From Lama guanicoe (taxonomy: Eukaryota), in contig MU054323.1 in NCBI GenBank assembly GCA_013239625.1, positions 6,251,220-6,315,219 on the forward strand: a stretch of DNA of 64,000 nucleotides. The letters run 5' to 3'. The notes beneath the pieces are model-generated. The model worked only from the letters and a program-made list of their open reading frames with translations. It was not told where the DNA came from and made no database searches. Of this stretch, positions 52,177 through 64,000 are shown piece by piece; positions within the stretch are counted from its first letter, which is position 1; every line of letters begins with the position of its first letter. Made by a program: the position numbers and the translations under genes.

Positions 52177-52285
52177 TAGCTCAAGTGGTAGAGCGCATGC
52201 ATGGCATACACAAGGACCTGGGTCAATCCCCAGTACCTCCACTAAAATTAAATTAATTAATTAACCCACGCACCCCCCCCCACCA
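52177..52285 (+). mobile_element. Vic-1-like SINE
   Basis: TAGCTCAAGTGGTAGAGCGCATGC...CAATCCCCAGTACCTCC. Confidence 0.83.
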
Positions 52286-53046
52286 AAGAGGAAAGAATTA
52301 GAGAAAGAGCAAAATAAACCCAAAAGCTAGTAAAAGGAAATAAAGAGTAGAGTGGAGATAAATGGAGTATACAAAAACAATGGAGCATAGTAAAATGGAC
52401 AAAACTTCGGCAGGATGGACCAAGGGAAAAAGAGAGAAAATACATATCATTAAAATTGTAAGTTGAAAGAGGGGACATTATTACCAGCCTTACAGAAATA
52501 AAAGTCACCCCAAAATACTAGGAACAATTGTATGACAACAAATTAGATAATCTAGATGAAATGGACAAATTTCTAGAAACACAGAACCAAAACTGACTCA
52601 AGGAAAAATAGAAAATCTGTAACAAGAGACTCAATCAGTAATCAAAAACCTTCCAACAAAGCCCAGGACCAGGTGACTTCACTGGTTGTACCAAACACTT
52701 AAAGATGAATTAACACCAGTCCATCTCAAAATATTCTGAAAAACACAACAGGAGGAACCACTTTCTAACTCATTCTATGAAGGAGGAAGAAAAGGCAGAG
52801 GCCCTGCCTCACTTAAGTGATAGGAAAGTCTCTTTGCTCTATAAGTAACTTCTTCAAAGTAACTTCTCTGGGGGCTTCAACAGACAAGATTTCTGGAGAC
52901 TTGGTTTGAAAATGGAACTCACCACAGGATCCCAGAATTGCTCAACTGAAGAGTTCAAAGCACTCACAGGGTGCCTTTGCAGGGGTGGGGATGGCAGGGG
53001 ACTGTAGGTGAGGCCCAATATCAATTTGAATCCCAGCACTGATAAC

Positions 53047-53728
53047 TGCCAAGTAAAAACAAATACCGATTTAGGCAAATGGAGACTATATTTTAAAGGA
53101 TTATTCATAAGACTGGAGACCAATTATTCCAATAAGAGGAAAAGGAACCACTGCAGTGGAGGTGGGTGGTGGTGAGGGGACAACTACTGTTACAAGGGAA
53201 CGTTAAGACAGTGAATTCTGCAACTGTCTCCAAGTTCAGGCAGAAAACGGCCTTTCTTTCATAGGGAGGAGCAAGCAGAAGACCAGAAGGAACTGGGTGT
53301 GGGGCACAGTGGGATGCATAGGTGGAGGTGGCAGTGCTCACAAAGCAGACTACAGAATCTTTTCCCAGGTGGTCAGCCTACTTTCAGAAGTTGATGAAGG
53401 AAGGCTTGTATGCTGAATAAAGCTGAGAGTGGGTCAAAGTTTAGGAGCCTGGAGGAAGGAGAAACAGGTAAATTTGGTCAAATCAAGGTTAGCTGGTTAT
53501 TTTGTCCTGATAAGTGAGTACTGTCAGTTCAGCTAATCACTTATGAGGCAAAAAGTATGAGAACTTGGGGAGTCTGACCTTGTCAGAGGTAACCAAGGGC
53601 TCATCGTGAGTCTCATCAAAACCACATGGGGAAGGGTAGCTTGTCACCCCTTTCAGTAACACGACAGGGTGCGGGGGTTTCTTTAACCGTCACTTTCCAC
53701 AACCACAGGTCTCAGGTAAAGTTCAACA
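53047..53728 (-). mobile_element. MER31-like ERV1 LTR
   Basis: Minus strand begins TGTTGAACTTTACCTGAG and contains TGATTAGCTGAACTG and ACTTTGACCCAC, matching my recollection of MER31. Confidence 0.7.
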
Positions 53729-53849
53729 CGGTCCGAATGCAGGGAAATCTCTCCACGGATTCAATAAGAAGCTGAGGAGGCAAAGAAGTAAGTTGATGCT
53801 GGGTTCTCAGGTGAGCCCACCCCTGGCTCCCTGCATTTTCCGCGCAGGG

Positions 53850-54550
53850 TTGAGAGACAGCCTGCAGCTGCACCCGCTCCAGGGAGGCGGCGGCCGCCAT
53901 TAGCTCGGGTAGGGCCCAGGCCTGAGGCGGCCGGCGCCGCCAGCCCCGCCCCCGCGCGCGCCGGCGCGTCCCCGCGCGCGCTCTCGGGTCTGCGCAAAGC
54001 CGGCCTCGGCGCGCGCTCGGCGCCAGGCAGCGGTGACAGAGGGAGGCGGGCCGGGTCCCAGTGGCTCGGCCGCCGAGCCTGAGACTGTGGTGCGGCAGTG
54101 CTTCTCGTCTGAGGGGCTCCAGCCCGGCGGCGGCGCCCGCGGCCCCCGAGCGATTTGAGGACGAGGCCGCGAGGCGACGGCGCGGCGCGGCCCCCTCCAG
54201 CGGCCGCGCCCGGCGGTGAGTTTCCCGGCGCCGCGCGGCGTTCGGCGCGGTGAGGGGCCGGGCCGGCCGTGGGCGGGCGCTTCCCGGGCGGGGCGGTGGG
54301 AGTCGTTGGGTCCCGCCGAGCCGCCGCGCCCTGTGTTGTCTCGGTTTCGGAGCCCGTGTCCGCGACCCCGAAAGGGCGCGGTCGGGTGGCGGCCGGGGGA
54401 CTGCCGCCAGCCCAGGTGCGGCGCGGCTCGGCCTGCGGGCTGCACAGCGTTCCTGAGCTGGGACGCCGGGGAAGCGCAGCGACTGGTTTTCTCTCGCTGC
54501 GGGCGCTCAGAAACTTCGAGTTCTCTGTTCTCAAAATGCCGCATTTCCAA
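53850..54550. promoter_or_regulatory. CpG island promoter of the neighbouring plus-strand gene
   Basis: Dense CpG; GC box CCCCGCCCCC near 53944, GCGCGCGC (NRF1-like) motifs, YY1-type GCCGCCATT at 53893-53901. Confidence 0.9.
54040..54215 (+). other. UBXN2A: Probable non-coding exon 1 of UBXN2A (5' end approximate), followed by intron to the window end
   Basis: Donor GCG|GTGAGT at 54216 inside the CpG island. Gene identity is inferred from the head-to-head ATAD2B/UBXN2A arrangement I recall for human; no coding exon found in the window. Confidence 0.65.
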
Positions 54551-55079
54551 AGGCGAACCCTGCAAAAGCACAGTACAGAAATGCAGAGCACGTCTGTTTG
54601 GGGTGGCCATTTCTTAGGTAACGGCTCCTGCAACTGATTTGTATTTTGTAGGCTTGATGCTCGCTGTTTTCATGTTTCATTTCTTTTTTCTGTGTGTGCG
54701 TTTCTCTTGCTGTTTGCAGAGTATTACTTGTCAGTCAGCAATAACAACGTTAGTATGGCATCCAGCGTTGGTTCCTTAGTACTTAATTTGGGATCATTGA
54801 AAATAAAAGACGGGAAAAAATAGGAAATTGACAATCTATATATATCAACGTGGAATTGTATGACAGGTTGTATAAGCGACGTGAAAACCAGGTTCCGTAT
54901 TTCGTAGTCGTGGCCCAATGTGTTTTTGGACTGTTTATAAGGTTTTTAATAATACTTCAGTTTTAATGGGAAAAACTTTAAAAGTTGATGTTGTGTCTTC
55001 TGTCTAAATATACTGAAAGTCACGTTGATTAAAAGCAGTTAAATCCAATGAATATTGAGGACTAATGTGTAACACTAAA

Positions 55080-56110
55080 GTTAGAGCGAGGCACTGGTGG
55101 AATCCAAAAATGAGTAAGAATTGTGCGCAGGATGGAGGGGAGTGATTAAGCACACAATTGATGCAAGGCAGAATACAGTATTAACAAAAACTACTACTGT
55201 TGACTCTGCCCCTGCACGTGGTAATTATACACATTACTTAATATTCAATGTTAATTACTTAGTTTATCATTCTTATGTTTTTAGTACTTATTGTATAAAG
55301 TGCTGACAGTATGTTGGTGATCATTACAGGTTTTGCCTTTAAGGACTTTGCATTGTCATTGGAGGAAACATTAAACAATCACACAAGTAAACGCCAGTTA
55401 ACCTAGAGAGAAGCTAAAAAGGAAGAATATAGGGTGATGTGAGAGCATGTAACCAGGGTACATATCCCAGCTGGAGAAATCAGTTAAGATTTTCCTAGGA
55501 GAGTAATCTTGGAGCTGAGTTATTATGGGTAATTAGAAATTATGTGAAGGTGACTCCCAAAGGTGGAGGGCAAAGGAAATCTGTTCCACAGAGGCTTGGG
55601 AAGATTTGGGGAACTGAAGTTCAAAACAGTTGGATTGAATGTAGAAAGCAAAAGGGAGCTGTGGTTAGAGCCAGAGAGATGATGTGGGGCCTTTTAAGCA
55701 GTGTTAAGGATTTGGGGCCTTTTTTTTTTTTTTAACTTTTATAGGGAAATTTTCAAACCACCCAAATGCAGTGAACCCTGCTGTAATGTTATCCAAAGGA
55801 TTAGTATTTGAAGAGCAATGGAAAACTGGTGGACTGACTGATCTGCTCTAATCCTTTGTCCTGTGGTTCTGTGTTGGTCACAGCAACCCAGGAACTTTGC
55901 TGAACAACTGTAAAATAATACAGTTATTTTCAGAATGAAAAGCAATGGGAGGTCATTGAAGGGTTTTAAGCAAGAAAGTCCCACAATCAAATTTGTATCT
56001 TAAAGTTCACCCTGACTCCTGTGTAGAAACTGAATTGGATGGGGACAAGAGTGGGTATGGGGAAACCATCTAAGAATTGATAGTGGGGCTGCATTTGTGG
56101 CTGTGAAAGC
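55080..56110 (+). mobile_element. L2 fragments
   Basis: GGGAGGTCATTGAAGGGTTTTAAGCAAG and related L2 motifs. Confidence 0.6.
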
Positions 56111-57639
56111 AGGGCAAATTCTAAAAGTACCTAACTGATCTCTTCTTGCTGGGTTAGTAATTCTATATTCACGTCTTTTGGAGGAACTGTGGAAGATTTT
56201 CTGAAGGAGATTGTATTTTAAATGGATTTTTTCAAGATAAATAACATTTTAGAATGGAGCCTCGGAATGAGAATGTCTTAGTGTCAAAGGGAGGCTAACT
56301 GAGTAACCTTGAGAAGTTTCACCACCTTTCTCCTAGGATTTTCTCATTTAAAAAATTACCTTTCTCACTGTCACTTTGGTACTTGGGAGCATACAACTCC
56401 CTCATAAACAGTTTTTCTCTAGAAGACAACAAAATTGTGTTTTTTGATTACTGTGATTAGAGCTAAGCTGAAACTTCCCAAAAGATTTCATTTTTTTATT
56501 ATGTACTTAATAAACTAGAATTCACAAAATATGCAAGTAAACTGCGTTTTAAAGTGTTTGATTCTAATGCTACCATAGTTTGCTCATGGAGGTCTAATCC
56601 TGTTCCATAGAAGATGTAACTGAAAGGTGATCCATTGGTTTCTCTTCCCTTGTGTCGGATGGCTTTGTCCTTAGGCAGAAACTAAAGCTTCTATGTAAAT
56701 ATAACATGTCTAGTGGTATAAAACTTGATATAAATCCATAATCTGTTTAAAAATAAGTAGTCTATAGTAAATGTTTATAAAAATAATATTTTGATGTCTT
56801 GAATGTGTGTAAGCACATTAGACTGTCCTTTATGATTGGATTACTGCATTCTGTTGATTTTTATTTTGTAGGTGGTTTTATTCCTTTGTAACTATGTAAG
56901 TTTAAAAAGCTAAAGATCTAATCTGTTCTTAGAAACAATAATTAGTACATATATGTAAACTTTAAAAAGTGCAGTGTACTGTCTATGTATGTATTTACGT
57001 GCAATATAATGTGTATGTGCAGTTGAACTGTAATGATTCTACCTAAGAAAATTGAAAGGGAGAAAAAATTAAGTAAAATTTGTAATATGCAAGTTTTTTT
57101 CGAATTCTGATGTGTACATTAGAAAGAATACATTTCTTAGTAGTCTAAATCTATTTTGCCTGGGTTTTCCTTTTAGTGGATATGTTCCCGACTGATTTTA
57201 TTACTGCAGTTGTTGGGTTAAGTGGGATAGTATTTGGGAAGGTGTTTAGTAAACTGATACACAACACAAATGTAAGGTGGTAATGGTATTTATTGGAAGT
57301 AAACTGAAGCAAAATGAAGGAAATTCTGTTCGTTTGTCCATTCTGATGCCCAGCTTCATGCTGGTAACTTAGATATTTGTCAGATGGTTTCTTTTTTTTC
57401 TCTACATACAGTTCAGTACATCGGTTCATTCGTTTCACACGATTATGATGATTGTAGAAGCTCACTCAGTTGATATAGAGGAATTTTACATGGTTCATTT
57501 ACATATTACTAATTTATGATAGAAAATACCTATAATAATAGTGACTCTATGTCCATTATAGAATCAGGTTTTTTAAAAAATAATATAATAGAGCAATTTA
57601 TTTTTGAAATACTTAATCTTACAGATTACTTATAAGATT

Positions 57640-57810
57640 TTTGTTTTGCTTTTATTGAAGTATAGTCAGTTCATAATGTTGCATCAATTTCTTGTGTACA
57701 GCATGTTTCAGTCACCATTTACATACATATATTCCTTTTCATTTCTTTTTCATTATAGGTTACAAGATATTGAATATAGTTCCCTGTGTTATATAGTAGA
57801 AACTTGTTTA
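57640..57810 (-). mobile_element. L1 3'-end fragment
   Basis: TTTATTGAAGTATAGTCAGTT..ACAAGATATTGAATATAGTTCCCTGTG. Confidence 0.8.
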
Positions 57811-60800
57811 TAATCAGTTTTTACTTCATAATTCTATGCCATGTTTGCAATTAGTAATTCAGTATGTTTTTTTCCTTGTTAGTCTATAAACTCCTTGATA
57901 GTAGATACTGGATCTGTCCTATTGACCCTTCTGTTCCTTCTGTCATTAGTTCTGAAGCAGTGCCTTGCACACAGTGGTAGGAGGTTTATTAAGTATACAG
58001 ATTTTTTTTTAAGTTTAATTAATGAAATTAAAAGTAAAATTTCTTAGCCATATCAAAATTAAAAGTTTTAAGACAGTCTGAAGGTGTTTCTTACCATAAA
58101 TCCTTGTACCAGAGTTTGTGACCAGGGGCTGGGAAAAGAGAAAGGAGCAAAATATTAGTTTATTCTCAGTATTTCTTTCAGTTCTCAAAACAGCCTTAGG
58201 AGGAGGATTATCTCCAAGTTAGAAGTTAGGCAGCTGTGACTTAGAGAAGTTAACATGTAAATCACCCAGCTCAGATATTATGTAGGCAGTATGGCATTAC
58301 AGGTCACTTTGAATCCAAGGTCTGTTCTGTATTCTCCTGTTGTCATGAAACAAATAAAAACAATTTATAGTAGTTTATAACTCTGAAGTAATGAAATATA
58401 TTAGCGATTTGCTAGAGAATAGTCACCTATTAAGGGAAACATAGTGAAGTACTTTAAAGATGGCTGCTCCTTGCTTTGCACTTGCTCAGCACCCTGGAAG
58501 GAACAGGAAATGTTTAAGTCATGAAAATTGTGCTCAAGGATCTTGGATCCAGTAGAGAGAACTAAAAGAAACAATAGTAAATAATATCAGACAGTATGAT
58601 TTAAATGCCAAAAATCTAAATGCTTTAGGAGAGGAATATTAATAGGAATTTAATACTTCACCTTTACAGTAGATCTTGAGCTGGGACTTAAAGGATCACT
58701 AAGGTTCAGATGCCTAGAAGGATGGAGACAATGTGGACAAAGAAGTGAAATGAACATGTTATGTTTATGAGACAGTTAAGATCATATCTAAACTAAGGGA
58801 TTATTTTAGAGTAGTTGAAAATACTGTTGGAAAGCTGTCAAGTGAAAAGCAAACAGCACTACCAGAATGTAATGTCCAGAAGGGCTGGGATTTTTGTCTG
58901 TTTTGTTCAGTACGTATCCCAAGCACCTAGAATAGTATATATAGTATATATAGATAAATAGTATATATAGTATATAGTGTGTGCTGAATAAATATACATT
59001 TTAATATATTAAGCAACTTTATTTAGGTATAATTAATGTGCACTAAGATGCACATGTTTAAGACATACCATGTACTAAGTATTTTTAAATGAAACAATAT
59101 TTAAGTGTATAATGCTTTCCTTTAGTATAAAAGAAGGAAACAAGTCAAAATAGAAACTTTTGAAATCTGAATGGTTGAGGTGGCTGTTTATATATTTTTT
59201 TTATTCTTTTGTATATGTTTGAAAGGAATGCAGTTTTTTAAGTGAAGCAACTAGTTTTGGAAATAAGATTTGAAGGACAAGGTCTTAGGAGAAAAACCAT
59301 GAAATTCTGGCTTTCTAAATATGTTTTGAGTTTGTTTTCTGTTTTTTAAAATTGTTCATCAGAGTAATATATTCACATAGTTTAAAAGGCAAATACGTAG
59401 TGTTAGAAGACTTAAAACTCAAAATGCTCCCACTTCCTTTCCCTAAAGACAACTACTTTGAACTCATAGCTATTTCTTCTGTAATTTATAGCCATATTTC
59501 TAAACAGTGTGTATATTTTGAGTTACTGATCTTGAACATTACATTTTATATTGCTATCAGGATAGATAACTGTTTTAGCTCTCTTATGCTTACCCGCTTT
59601 TCCTTCTCACATCCTTTTAATGGTTTTAGGTCAGTTTTTCCAACGCCATAAATAAAAGTGTACACTATTTTTTTCCTTTTAGACCTCAGATTCATCCTTG
59701 GCCCAGAGATGGTATAATTATGTTTGTCTATTTAAAGTAATAAACAGTTGCAAACTCAAAAGAACATTGACAATGCTGTATTTTACATTTAAGTCATTTT
59801 TAATGGCTGTGTTTTTAAAGTATATAGTTTATTTAGTCACATAACCCATTTAAGATGATATACACTTTAGAGATTATAAAAAATATCTTCCCGCTTATAT
59901 GATTTCTTACTTTGTAAATCTAATGCCTAATCCAGTGCCTTACATTTAATAAATATTGACTAAGATTCTTCGGATGAAATAATGGCCTGTTTTCATTTTT
60001 AAGTCTAGGGAATAATTTTGAAGAGTGATACATTAAGAGTTAGAAATACAAAATGCCTGCTTGAGACAATAGAGCCATCCAGTTTGCATTGATGGTTGGA
60101 TGCCATCCCCTTGGATACTGTGGCTTTAGTGACTCTTCCCTTACCCTCTAGCTAAAAGGTAGAGCATGAAGCTCTTGTTGGGGGTGCCATTGCAGGTGCC
60201 CTTTATGTTGGGTACTCACTCCTCTGCCTCATTGCATTTCTTCCTTTTGCCTTCCTTTCAGTTTCCCCTTGCCTCTCAGAATTGCTCACAATTTTGTTAT
60301 GAAAAGGCTAAGAAAAACATTCACTATCAGTTTATATTCAGTTCATAATGAAAACAATAGAGGCATTTAAAACAGTTTTCAATGGTATTTTCCAGAGCTG
60401 ACTCCACTATCCTGCTTTCATTCCTAGCAAAACAGAGGCTAAATGGGAATCAGTGCTCCAGCCAAATTGACTGTGGTTATGAGCCCGGTTCCATTAGCAG
60501 TGGGAAACTGGAGTGGAAGTGAGGATCTAAGATCATTCTGACTGATGTTGTCTGGTGAAAGGCTGCTGCTGAATCCTCAGTTACCCCGATTAAATTCACC
60601 TCCAGATACCTTGGAGACCTTAATGGGAGCAGTATGCTACTGCTCATAGTACCCATTTTCTGGCTGTCACTACTTTGGAATGGGTCTGGTGGATCTTCAG
60701 TGGCTATTACTAAGCAGGGCTACCTTCTATTTAAATATACCTAAAACTTACATTTTTATTTATTTATTCATTTTTATTTTGGGAGGTAATTAGATAAAAC

Positions 60801-61341
60801 TTACATTTTTAAATAGAGGTATTTGCTTTTTATATACAAATTTAAGAAACATTCAATATTTTCTATATTTGATATTTTCTGTATTTGCTATAGGTCTATC
60901 TGAGAGTTGAAATATTTTTAATGCTTTGTGGAAATGTCTAGCTTGATTATGTCTTCTTTTCAGTAAAGTGTTTTGCTTTAGTTTCAAATCTATAGAGTAG
61001 ACTCTGGGACCTTCATTATCATAAACAACCTATTGTGACCTAACAGTAATATTTTCTTAACTATTTGTCTTTTAAGCACATATAAGAAATAATTATAATC
61101 TGGTTTTGGGTCACTTTTAAAAGTCTAGTCATGAATTATAACTACATACATTTACTAAAACATTGCACTCTGAATTTTTTAAAACTTACTTAATTTTAAA
61201 ACGTTAAAAAGTCTGGATTTTTTTTTCCTTTATCTCCATAATCAGTTTGTTTATGTTTTCCTTAAATAACCAGACATTCCAGGTTATATAGAACAGACCT
61301 GATTTTTCCTAACTTCAGTTTTGACAGCTGGTAACTTTAAT

Positions 61342-61473
61342 GTTGTTTTTTTTTTTTTCCCCGGGGGAAGGTAATTAGGCTTATTTATTGTTTAGAAGAG
61401 GTACTGAGGTTTGAACCCAGGACCTCATACATGCTAAGCATGCGCTTTACAATTTGAGCTATCGTCTCCCCTC
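61342..61473 (-). mobile_element. Vic-1-like SINE
   Basis: 19-bp TSD GACAGCTG[G/A]TAACTTTAAT at 61323-61341 and 61476-61494. Confidence 0.88.
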
Positions 61474-63142
61474 TAGACAGCTGATAACTTTAATTGTACA
61501 ATAGACAGTTTATAACTATTGTCTGTGTTTGACTTCACGTACCACATCTATGCACTGCTAGAATTTCTCTCTGTGCCCACATTGCCTTCAAGCCATGAGT
61601 CAAACGTCTTATGGAGCTCTTTTGGTTGTCTCTTTTACAAATTTCTTTGTCCTAAACAGGATAAATCTAATTCTCATGTTTGTCTCTTTAAGTATGAGTT
61701 CATAGTACTTTTCATCACTTCACATTTGTAATTTGGGGAGTAAGAAGCACATTTTTCACTGAGGATACAAATCTTTGGAAGTACTGCCATTCTTGGATTA
61801 CTGAGCAGTTTACTGCTAGAACAAAAGTACTGGCTTATTAAGACGGTAATGAAATGACATTGTAGGACTCTACATGTGTATGTTTTTAGGATCGCTTTTT
61901 TATCTCAATTTTTATTATGAAAAATTTCAAACATGAAAATGTAGAGAATAATAAACTCTCATGTATACTATTACCCAGGTTCAGTAATTATCAAGTCAAA
62001 GCCATTTTGTTTTTTATTTATAGTCCTTCCGCTCCCCACTACACTTGATTATTTTTAAGCAAATTCTAGTTATGGAAATTCATCTAGATATTTCAGTATG
62101 TAGCTAAAATAAGTACTTTAAAAAGATTATAACTACAATCCCATTGTCGCATCTTTAAAATTAACAATTACTCAACATATCGTTAAATATCTAGTCAATG
62201 TTCACATGTTCCTGATTCTTTCATAGCTTTTTTCCCAATTAGTTTTTTTAAATGATAATCTAAATATGGCCCATATATTTTAATTAGTTGATATATCTCT
62301 TGAATATTTTAAAAGATTATATCTACTTATTTTTTCTCCCTGGTAATATATATGTTGAAGAATATGGAACATTTCTCTTGAAGAATTTCCACGTTCTGGG
62401 TTTTGTTGATTGCATCCCTGTGATGTCATCTGTTCATGTTCCTCTGTGCCCTATATTTCCTGTAATCTAATGGTTAGATCTAGAGGCTTGAATGGAGTTA
62501 GATTCACATTTTTGGAAAGAATTCTTCACACTTGGTTTGGGCTTTCATGCTGAGGCATGTATTTATGTCTGGTTTCTTTTCGTGATGCTAGCAGCCATTG
62601 GTATCATTGCCTAGATCAGTTTGCATTAGGGATTGCAAATTGGGAATACTCTAATTCTGTAATCCTTTGTTTAACTGAATTCATTTGCAAAGGAAACTTC
62701 TTTTATTAATTCTTACTCTGGGTTCATATAGGAAAGGCAGGATGAATACTTGATTCTATCTCTTATTTGCTAGTTTTCACTGGGAAGATGACCAGTGAAT
62801 TGAGTTTGTTTTAATGAGTATCAGTATGAGCTTGTATTTGATGTGTTTCAATTCACATAGTTGTTTTTCCTTTTTTGAGACTTCAAATTGACTCTTGAAT
62901 CGTTTTCACACTAATCCAAAATGTCAATACAAGGCGTAAGTACACATTTCCTGCCCCAGACCTGGAGTCATCCATTTCTCTAAGAAACTTTGATTCCTTT
63001 TGGTGGGAAATGGTATTTGGAGACAACAAATTGAGGTACTAGGTGTTGTTACTACTTTTTTGGCCTTTCATTGGACAGAGCTACTATGTATTTTCTCAAC
63101 AGCATAAGTTCATACTGATGTTTCCAATTGAAAATTTAGGAT

Positions 63143-63278
63143 TGGAGCGGAGGTATAGTTCAGTGGTGGAGCGCGTGCATAGCATGCACAAGGTACTGGG
63201 TTCAATCCCCAGTACCTCCATTAATAAAATAAATAAAACCTAATTACTTCCTCCCTCAAAAAATTAAAAAAATAAAAT
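63143..63278 (+). mobile_element. Vic-1-like SINE
   Basis: TSD AAAATTTAGGATT on both sides; intact A/B boxes. Confidence 0.88.
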
Positions 63279-63394
63279 AAAATTTAGGATTACAGAATTT
63301 TAACTTGGTTTCTTTAATTTTTATGTTTCTAACTCTAACTCTTACTCTGAAGAAAATCTTGGTTTGGGGGGACAGATCATAGTTACTTCTTTAT

Positions 63395-63590
63395 CTCAAG
63401 GTTTTTCGGCTTCAGCACTATTGACATTTTGGGCAATACCTTCTTGTGGGGGCTGTCCTTTGCTTCCCTGACCTCATCTACTAGATACTAGCAGCATCCT
63501 CCACCCCAGTTGTGACAACCAGAATTTCCTCCAAGCTGTTCCCAAATGTCTTCTGAGGGTCACAGTTGCCTCCTGGTTGAGACCCGCTGC
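63395..63590. mobile_element. MER20 hAT DNA transposon
   Basis: GCACTATTGACATTTTGGGC..CCCAGTTGTGACAACCA..TGGTTGAGACCCGCTG. Confidence 0.8.
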
Positions 63591-64000
63591 TTCATCTTTA
63601 TACCATAGCTTCATTAAAATAATACTAATACTAATATATTAAAACAATACTAATATATTATTGCTGATAGTATGATTACTAGAAACTGTTTTTCCTTATT
63701 GGGTTCATCCCACTAGAATATACAGTAAAATTACTATGTTTAAAATTACTTTAAATAATTTGTCTCCAAGTGGTTTTCCTACCAACTTGATTGTCAGTTT
63801 TATTAATTTGTTTCATCTTAACTTTGTTTTTAAGGATTGCTTTTTTAAAAACTTAGCATGTTTTATGTATTATAAGTATTTACATGGGTCCAAAGTTGAT
63901 CTAAAAAACAAGGTATATTCAGAGAAATCCAGCTTCTACCCTTCCCCTCTTCACCCTGTCCATTCTCTCCCAGCTTATAGGTAACCTTATTAATTTTATT

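Larger units (their letters stand above)
61895..64000 (-). mobile_element. Old L1MC-like 3' region hosting a SINE and MER20
   Basis: TTTTATTATGAAAAATTTCAAACAT start; CCTGCCCCAGACCTGGAGTCA..CCATTTCTC motif. Confidence 0.7.

Noticed and set aside
53712..54637. Long overlapping ORFs (290, 236, 133 and 122 aa) on both strands
   Set aside because: Ala/Arg/Pro/Gly-rich frames expected from stop-codon scarcity in a CpG island; no recognisable domain.

Overview
Mammalian genomic DNA, most likely a camelid, judged from at least 11 copies of a tRNA-derived SINE resembling Vic-1. The minus strand carries the 5' part of ATAD2B (AAA+ ATPase/bromodomain chromatin protein). Its coding exons 1-12 run from the ATG at 45875 down to 1788, total 1479 nt (493 codons), all introns GT-AG with consistent phases; the gene continues beyond position 1. 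A CpG island at ~45.45-46.5 kb is the ATAD2B promoter. A second island at ~53.85-54.55 kb holds a plus-strand non-coding first exon, probably of UBXN2A (assigned from recalled synteny only; no coding exon seen). The rest is intron or intergenic DNA rich in L1, HAL1, L2, SINE, LTR and DNA-transposon remnants. The most notable structure is a three-layer L1 nest at 35.1-39.7 kb. There, an internally deleted L1 derivative (ORF2 start fused to ORF2 end, with its own TSD and A-tail) sits inside an L1 that is truncated at both ends yet TSD-flanked. Other highlights: an unidentified mRNA 3'UTR retrocopy in sense orientation in ATAD2B intron 1, an LTR fragment apparently retroposed by L1 machinery, and a frame-symmetric exon 7 with TGCATG in its acceptor. 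Repeat family names and old-repeat boundaries come from recognition, not database searches.
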